From NCBI GenBank assembly GCA_017861095.1, contig JAGFXI010000004.1, positions 1 to 31,298 of the forward strand: DNA of 31,298 bases. Direction: 5' to 3'. The notes below the pieces were generated by a model. It ran no database searches and was not told where the DNA came from. It saw nothing but the letters and a program-made list of their open reading frames with translations. A program made the position numbers and the translations under genes. Of this stretch, positions 25,537-31,298 are shown piece after piece (position 1 is the stretch's first letter; the number at the start of each line of letters is the position of its first letter). This DNA is from Deltaproteobacteria bacterium (GTDB taxonomy: Bacteria; Desulfobacterota; Syntrophobacteria; BM002).

Positions 25537-26800
25537 TGAGAAGCCGCCATCGTGATCCGTCCCGTGTGTCCTCTACCACGATCTCCGCGCGCTGGAGGCT
25601 TTCGCGAATAGCATCCGCCTCCCGCCACTGCCTGCCCTGCCTGAATTTCTCCCGCAGCTGGAGAAGCTCATCCACGAGCGGCGCCAGACAGTCTGCCCTG
25701 TCTCTGGGAGTCGTGTCTAGCTTCACCCCGAGCGACACGATGAGCTCGCGCAGAATCTCCCGCGCCTGCGAGATGAACTCCGGGTTCTCGAGGTCCTGCT
25801 GGGCCTTCCAGATGATGTGGTCAAGATCGAGAAGGGCACTCGTAGCCGCCCTTGGATCATGCCGTTCCAGTCCATTTCGAAAGCCTGCCTCGAGGGCGTG
25901 AATGCTCTCCCAGAAAGACAACTCTCTTGATTCAGCAACCGGCAAAGACGGCATTTGTTCTGGTGCAGAGAGCTTACGGTCCGCCCCGACCTTACCGCCG
26001 CGGAGGATCTCGAGCGAGAATCTTTCGCCCTTCTCGAAGATCACTTCCTCGCCACGGTGTCTGAGCGCGATCCGACCGACTCCCCGCACCACCCCCTCGT
26101 CTCTGTCAAGATCGAGGAGACAGGCCGTGTGCTCATCCAACCCGAGAACTCTTACATCCTCGGGGAGCTGGGATTCAAGCGTCCGGAACCGCGGCTCACC
26201 CATATAGCAGAATCGGGTGTCATGGGTTCCCCCCTCAGCGTTGTTCCAGTGGGGGATCACAACGAGGCTGAAACCGAAATGCCGGAGGAGGTCCATCCCC
26301 TCCGCCCAGTGGGGTGCCTCACCCACTTTGTAGATCTCATAGACCGGCAAGGTAAGGCGTCCAACGGTGAGCGCCGCGGCGCTGGCGGCAACCAGGCAAC
26401 CACCGCCCTCGATGCGCCGGATGAGAATCTCCGGGATGGGCGTCTGTAGCCACTGGCGGACAGCGTAGGTGGGGCTGCCGGGCCCGATAAGAACGAAGTC
26501 CGCCTCCCGCAAGCCCTGATACGCTTGCTCCGCCTGGTAAGGCGCGCCCAACCCTTTTCCTTTGAAGGAAACGAGGGTCATAGGTCGGCGGATATGGAAA
26601 CGAAAGTACTCGATGGCTCTCTCTGAGATCTGATCCACGTTGAGCTGAAAGCCGGCTGGCGTATCGAGAAAAACGGCCCTGGCGGGTCTGGGGAAGCGCG
26701 CGAGGAGTTCCTTGTGCACCTCAACCATGGTAGCCGTGAGCTCCCCGGAACCCATCAGGGCGATAACGCCTCTGTTCGAACAGATGTGGGAGTCTTTCAT
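25532..26800 (-). CDS. peptidase S51/cyanophycinase-like (class I GATase-like fold) domain fused to a CysRS-type anticodon-binding domain
   Basis: N-terminal ALMGSGE, IGPGSPTY, AASAAA nucleophile Ser, IPHWNN His and GLDEHTA Glu. C-terminal LREKFRQGRQWREADAIRESL...IVVEDTRDGSRW matches the CysRS C-terminus. No HIGH/KMSKS catalytic core. Confidence 0.85.
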   Translation of the reverse strand: MKDSHICSNRGVIALMGSGELTATMVEVHKELLARFPRPARAVFLDTPAGFQLNVDQISERAIEYFRFHIRRPMTLVSFKGKGLGAPYQAEQAYQGLREADFVLIGPGSPTYAVRQWLQTPIPEILIRRIEGGGCLVAASAAALTVGRLTLPVYEIYKVGEAPHWAEGMDLLRHFGFSLVVIPHWNNAEGGTHDTRFCYMGEPRFRTLESQLPEDVRVLGLDEHTACLLDLDRDEGVVRGVGRIALRHRGEEVIFEKGERFSLEILRGGKVGADRKLSAPEQMPSLPVAESRELSFWESIHALEAGFRNGLERHDPRAATSALLDLDHIIWKAQQDLENPEFISQAREILRELIVSLGVKLDTTPRDRADCLAPLVDELLQLREKFRQGRQWREADAIRESLQRAEIVVEDTRDGSRWRLLT

Positions 26801-27274
26801 GGATCTTGTGGTCCGGTCGAAGCGGTGATTCTTTGAAGAATTCCAACAAAGAAAAGATTCTATCGTAATATACACCCGCTGACAACAAAAGTCCTCGACT
26901 CACCGGTGTCGCCCTGGGCCCGACGATTCGAGTACGGAGAGTCCTGTGGTATGAACGCGGCTGCGGTCAAGGAAAGGCTGTACAAGTCAGGGCTGTGCCA
27001 GAGGCTGGGTCATCTGAGTGTCCGGAGCCATAACCTTCTCGTCGATTCAAGGCAGGCATCCCGGACTTTGTGAGCCATTCCACTACAAGGCAGGGCCTCC
27101 CCCTCCACTATCTGCTGACGCGATCACGCCTCGGCGTGACGCCTTTTTGGAGCAGATCCCCTATCTCGCGCGACCCGATCGCGGCTGCCCGCCGGTGCAA
27201 CTCAGGATCCGGAGCCTGTCGATGAAGAAGCCTCTCCCACAGGGCTCCTCCTCATAGACCCTACAGCTCGGAGA

Positions 27275-27330
27275 GAAGGACGGCCCTATCCGCGGTCGCA
27301 GCAGGTGAGTCGCACATAATGCGGGCAAGG
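27275..27330. repeat. diverged copy (right end) of the 188-bp element family
   Basis: GAAGGACGGCCCTATCCGCGGTCGCAG...CATAATGCGGGC aligns with 13077-13127, sharing exact 14-nt and 12-nt blocks. Weaker similarity extends left to about 27175. Confidence 0.7.
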
Positions 27331-27379
27331 CGACGAATTCGGTCGCCGCCGAGTCGCTCGCCAAATAGACAATTACGTG

Positions 27380-27793
27380 TCAATGGTAGGACGAGTCGGA
27401 ATCGGTTTGTGAAGCGGGAAGGGGTAGCTGTTGTACGGGCACTTGATTCTCTTCTGCCATCCTGATGATGCCGTTTACATTTCCCCCCTCTTTGATAGCC
27501 AGCGCCTTCGCCGTAACATCTCCGGTAATCCTACCCGTAGCGCCCACCTCCAAGCGGCCATGGGCCCTGATATTTCCCATAATGTGTCCGTAGACTTCGA
27601 TGGTCTCTGTCACGATTTCGGCCTCCACTATAGCCTCGGACCCGACCACCACATCGCCCTTGGCCATAATTCGGCCTTTGACCCTCCCCTCGATCGCGAT
27701 GCTTCGGTCGCTCATGATGTCACCCTCGAAAACCGTCCCAGCGCCGATCAAGGTATCCATCGGGGAAGACTTCCGGTTCTCCTTCCATTTCAT
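27380..27793 (-). CDS. bactofilin (polymer-forming cytoskeletal protein)
   Basis: DTLIGAGTVFEGDI, IEGRVKGRI, VEAEI, V.GHI.GNI, ITGDVTAKALAIKEGGNVNG beta-helix repeats. Confidence 0.93.
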   Translation of the reverse strand: MKWKENRKSSPMDTLIGAGTVFEGDIMSDRSIAIEGRVKGRIMAKGDVVVGSEAIVEAEIVTETIEVYGHIMGNIRAHGRLEVGATGRITGDVTAKALAIKEGGNVNGIIRMAEENQVPVQQLPLPASQTDSDSSYH

Positions 27794-27836
27794 TTTCTTA
27801 CTCCTCTTGGTCTTCGGCCGACGTTCAGGAAAAGCC

Positions 27837-29396
27837 CTACTCCTCCCGCGCGGCCTCGTGAGAAACTGGTCTTGGCCGAGTCACGTTGGTAGGATCCAAG
27901 GTTTGCGATCCGTCCTCTTTCCTATCTCCATCACTGCAATGTTCACTCCAATCCTCTTTCCGGCTCGCACCGCCCATTCTCAAAGCTTGGGCGAAACTCA
28001 CCCTTCCCGTCTGCCTCATCATCGAGGCGAAAATAATATCGGCGACTTCGGCCTTCTCAATGAAGGTGCAGAACACGTCAAAGAAGTCACTGGAGGCGAC
28101 GAGAGCTATTTCGAATTGCTTGGCCCTCTCGGCAACGCTCTCAGGAAAGTAGGGCATCTCTTGCGAGTCCCTCTTGGCGACCGGCAGGTTCTTCCAGGCG
28201 TTTCCGAGAAGGACTCCTTTGATTCTCGTCTTAGTGTTTTCCTCGTAGAGCAACAAGTGATCAGTGAGAATCCGGAGGTCGGTAAGGGAAATGGCGTTTT
28301 CCCTCGCCTTTATGTAGGCTAGGAGTCTGCTTTCCCCATATTCTATGATTCGTTCCTCGTTGGCATACTTGGATTTGTGCAGTGTTGCTCCCAGCTTTGT
28401 GGCTAAGAGATCGAAAGTGCGTTCCAATTCCGAGCCCGACGTGTAAAGGACCTTCTTGTACTGTTCCAGCTCCGTCTTGCTTTTTTCCAGGTTACGGATG
28501 ACCCTCTTCATGTACTTGATCTTGTTTCTATTGATCTGGATCTCTTTGTCCAGCTTGGCGATGCCCGGCATTGCGATTTTTTTTACCCAACCCGGGGGTT
28601 CGCTTTCCTGCGGTGCTCCCGTCAGGTCCTGAAGGAGGACGGTGATCGCTTCCCGGTCTTCTAAATCGGAGAGGAGCGGGAGAACAGTGAAAAACCCGGA
28701 GACAAGGCGCGGCCTCTCCTCGTCGGTCGTTTTCTGGGAGTAGTCTGTCTTCGCCGGCTCTGGTTGGAAGATCTCATAGTGGAAGCGCACGGCGAGAGCC
28801 TTATCGTATCGGTTCTCTATCAACGGCTCGAAGTGAACCTTGTAGCGCAGACTCGGATATTTCTGCATGTACTGTGCGAGCGCCTCGAGTGACAGTCCCT
28901 GTTGATTCTCAAGGAAGTAATACTGCCACTGGCTCATTTCCTTGAATTTAGCAAAGTAGTTCTTGTAAGAGTTGTGACATATTTTGATGGATTCGCCGGT
29001 CTCCTGAAAGAGCTGGATGTTTATCGGCGCCCACGAGTAATTCGAGATCGTTCTGAGTTCCTCCTCATGTGGTCGTACGACTTTACTTGGTCGATGGTCG
29101 GCTCTCTCGTCTTTGAGTGCCGGCTGTTTGCCTTCCGATTGGACTGTCCGGTGAAAATCACTAAGAACGATCACCTGGCCCTTGGATTCGAGGAGTCGCA
29201 GGAGAGCAAGGCAGATCTCTTTCAGCCGAACATAGGAAACTCTGGCGAGAGCTTCCTGGGTCAAGGACCGCACGTTGATAATCGCGACATCGTAGTCGGG
29301 CAGAACCGGCAGGGGCTCGTCATACCAATCCACACACTTGGCATTGAGATGACCCTTGGACCCTATCACCAGGCATCTCGGGGCTGCTATGCTCAT
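27837..29396 (-). CDS. hypothetical 519-aa protein with a coiled coil and a possible restriction-endonuclease-like C-terminal fold
   Basis: Long ORF with GGAG RBS that looks more AT-rich than its flanks. Coiled coil IAKLDKEIQ...LEKSKTELEQYK is followed by LYTSGSELE...DLRIL...KGVLLGNAW...FP. The fold call is weak. Confidence 0.6.
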   Translation of the reverse strand: MSIAAPRCLVIGSKGHLNAKCVDWYDEPLPVLPDYDVAIINVRSLTQEALARVSYVRLKEICLALLRLLESKGQVIVLSDFHRTVQSEGKQPALKDERADHRPSKVVRPHEEELRTISNYSWAPINIQLFQETGESIKICHNSYKNYFAKFKEMSQWQYYFLENQQGLSLEALAQYMQKYPSLRYKVHFEPLIENRYDKALAVRFHYEIFQPEPAKTDYSQKTTDEERPRLVSGFFTVLPLLSDLEDREAITVLLQDLTGAPQESEPPGWVKKIAMPGIAKLDKEIQINRNKIKYMKRVIRNLEKSKTELEQYKKVLYTSGSELERTFDLLATKLGATLHKSKYANEERIIEYGESRLLAYIKARENAISLTDLRILTDHLLLYEENTKTRIKGVLLGNAWKNLPVAKRDSQEMPYFPESVAERAKQFEIALVASSDFFDVFCTFIEKAEVADIIFASMMRQTGRVSFAQALRMGGASRKEDWSEHCSDGDRKEDGSQTLDPTNVTRPRPVSHEAAREE

Positions 29397-29515
29397 TTGG
29401 AGATCTCCGCCCGGACAATTAAGGAACCGGCTGTCGGTGCACGAAAAATCCGCTGTTCAAGCATCGACCAGGCAGGCCGCGCCGACATCGACCGAGGCGA
29501 AATATCGAGTGCCAC

Positions 29516-29722
29516 TTACTGAGAAGCGAACCGCGACAGCCGACTCTTGCAGCGATCACAGAATTTCTCAGGGAACTTCTGGACCCACTCGGATGCAGAA
29601 TCGTGCAGGGTAATGCTGGTCGGCAGCAACCACCTGCCACAATGGGTACGATGCTTGGTCTTTCCATTGTTGGCGTTGGTCCGCGTCTCGTGGGTGGACC
29701 AATGGAGAAGCGTCCGTTTCAT
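29516..29722 (-). CDS. possible small His/Cys-containing protein (68 aa)
   Basis: AGAGGAAAGG before ATG 29722; contains HCG and CDRC; co-oriented with 27837-29396. Confidence 0.35.
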   Translation of the reverse strand: MKRTLLHWSTHETRTNANNGKTKHRTHCGRWLLPTSITLHDSASEWVQKFPEKFCDRCKSRLSRFASQ

Positions 29723-29890
29723 TGGTTGCCCTTTCCTCTGCCGTTTGTGCTTCACCGCCTTGGGACGGCTCTTGTTCACTCAACGGTCTTCCGGGTTCGC
29801 AGGCACGTCGTTCCTTCTTGCCGGGCTTTCTGATAGACTGTCACGGGTTTTGATCTGCAAGAACTGTACCGACGTTAGAGAGACCGAACC

Positions 29891-30562
29891 ATGGAAAAAT
29901 CGCGTGGACTCCGCGTCCTAACCTTCGCGGCCATTCTCCTTTTGGGAACTCGGGTGATGGCAAGCGAACTCCCCGCCTGCTTGTCTCTCACTCCCGGGTG
30001 GACCATAGAGTCGGTTCTTGTGGCCGGCGGCGCAGAACCCCCGGAGCTCCTGACGAGGCTGGTTTATGCAGAGAGCATCTCCACCGGGTTTGGCCACGAT
30101 CCCCTGGTGCATCAAGCAATCGCCTGGGGTGTCATGAACCGGGTTCGCCTCGGCGACCTCTCTCCGAGCGTGCAGAGGACCTACGGGAGGGGCATTCAAG
30201 GTGTGGTCTTCAAGAAAGGGCAGTTCAACCCTGCGCTCTCCGAGAGGTCCCAGTTCTCGAGAGAGTTCCTGTGCCCGGAGGATGGCGAACGGTGGCGGCT
30301 GGCACGGGCTGCAGCGGAGACCGCTTTGAATGGGAGAGGCAATCCCTTGATCATGACCGGGTGGGAGCGGGAGCATAATCTCTCACTGATCGTGAACTTC
30401 TACTATCCCCAATCCGTCCAGGCGAAGGGACCGATCGCTCCATGGGAGGGGAACAAGGCGCTCACGTTCGTCGGCGACGTGCCCATGGGGGAGAAGGTCC
30501 TTCCCGCAAGCCGGGTACGATTTTACCGGTTGGCCCACCCGCCTGCCGATCTCAAGCGGTGA
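29891..30562 (+). CDS. SleB/CwlJ-type cell wall hydrolase (Hydrolase_2) with signal peptide
   Basis: LLTRLVYAES (catalytic Glu), AIAWGVMNRV and IQGVVFKKGQF family motifs. Confidence 0.8.
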   Translation: MEKSRGLRVLTFAAILLLGTRVMASELPACLSLTPGWTIESVLVAGGAEPPELLTRLVYAESISTGFGHDPLVHQAIAWGVMNRVRLGDLSPSVQRTYGRGIQGVVFKKGQFNPALSERSQFSREFLCPEDGERWRLARAAAETALNGRGNPLIMTGWEREHNLSLIVNFYYPQSVQAKGPIAPWEGNKALTFVGDVPMGEKVLPASRVRFYRLAHPPADLKR

Positions 30563-30691
30563 GAAGTCACCTAACTTTTGCAGAGCCTACCGAGGGCAGT
30601 GGTTTGTCGGCATGCTCCTGCTAGGGCGGGAGTCCCGCGAGCGGCGGGAGCCGTTCCCATGAGCGGGCGCACCAGCTGATCCGCCTGTTCC

Positions 30692-30720
30692 AGCCCGCAT
30701 TATGCGCGAGACGCCGTTGC
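30692..30720. repeat. left-end copy of the 188-bp element family
   Basis: AGCCCGCATTATGCGCGAGACGCCGTTGC is 26/29 identical to 12949-12977; similarity then stops. Confidence 0.75.
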
Positions 30721-30840
30721 TTTTCCCCTTCAAGAATTCTATAGTGCATCTGCTTCTCGAACTACCCTTTGTCTGGGACATCCCCTCGCTCGGGGGAGAG
30801 AACGCCCATCCAAGCAGGCCGGTTTGGTTCGGAGCCAAGG

Positions 30841-31245
30841 ATGCGGGACATGCGTGGGAAATCCGCCATCGTCATCGGCGTTCTCTACGTCGCCTTTGTC
30901 GCCTGGTCTCTCTATGGCGCCGTCTTCCCCGTGGAGACCCATACCTTCCGCATGGTGCACCTCGCCTTCATTTTCGCCCTTGGCTTTCTCGTCTATCCCC
31001 CCACAAAGAAGGCCGGCCGGTGGGCATGGTGGCTGGATCTTTCCTTGGCAGTCCTTGGGGTTGCCTCTGTTGCCTATGCTCTCGCGGACTTGGATCAGTT
31101 CATCCGCCGCTCCACCTTGCCGGACCCCATGGACGTCTTTTTCGGAGTTGTCGCGATCGTTCTCCTGCTCGAACTCTCCCGGCGAGCCGTGGACAATACC
31201 TTCACCATGTATAAACCTGATTACCTTCTGACCTCAAGGGTTTAG
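30841..31245 (+). pseudogene. truncated TRAP transporter fused permease (4TM/12TM type), N-terminal fragment only
   Basis: FRMVHLAFIFALGFLVYP, LDLSLAVLG, DVFFGVVAIVLLLELSRRAV resemble fused DctQM N-termini. The frame runs into unrelated AT-richer sequence near 31207 and stops at 31245 (134 aa). Confidence 0.7.
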
Positions 31246-31298
31246 CTTGCACCATTTTCCCCTTGGGCAACGTTTTGGGCAACACTTGCAATCTGAGC

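Noticed and set aside
25520-25538. attC (integron) reading of the repeat family, since ACTTAAC/GTTAAGT fits RYYYAAC/GTTRRRY
   Set aside because: No partner core site is found, other copies read TAGC/GCTA, the arms are fully complementary without an unpaired central spacer, and no integrase or cassette-like array is present.
27185-27235. SRP-RNA-like GTGCAAC-TCAGG-TCCGG segment
   Set aside because: It lacks the GGAAGGAAGCAGC core and falls inside the diverged MITE copy.
28902-29522. 206-aa plus-strand ORF
   Set aside because: It is antisense to the longer 27837-29396 ORF, which has a better RBS and protein-like composition.

Overview
GC-rich bacterial chromosomal window. The gene order (DUF465-ilvB-ilvN-ilvC-psd-pssA-leuCDB) and protein style suggest Desulfobacterota (deltaproteobacteria); this is inference. 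1-11.4 kb is housekeeping: dxr, rseP, tsaB, ilvBNC, psd, pssA, leuCDB, with no leuA at its usual slot. A LysM lytic transglycosylase follows. 13.3-19.3 kb is a self-contained ECF sigma module: sigma, anti-sigma with a CBM48-like domain, exported helical protein, TPR/OmpA-like lipoprotein, poly-Gly protein, Gln/Arg/Asp-rich peptide and exported ferritin-like DUF2202-type protein. Four copies of the motif TGTGAC-N18-GTAT(A/C)T tie these together. uppP, a HAD phosphatase and an MBL hydrolase come next. The most interesting locus is a four-gene minus-strand operon at 22.3-26.8 kb that mirrors mycothiol biosynthesis (MshA-like glycosyltransferase, PIG-L deacetylase, GNAT). In place of MshC/BshC it carries a peptidase-S51-fold protein with an intact Ser-His-Glu triad fused to a CysRS-type tRNA(Cys) anticodon-binding domain, which suggests tRNA-dependent cysteinylation of an amino sugar. 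The end of the window holds a bactofilin, an accessory-looking hypothetical gene, a SleB-type hydrolase and a truncated TRAP permease. Two small mobile/repeat families and an IS630-like stub are also present. No rRNA, tRNA or CRISPR was seen. All calls are by eye from motifs; no database searches were run.
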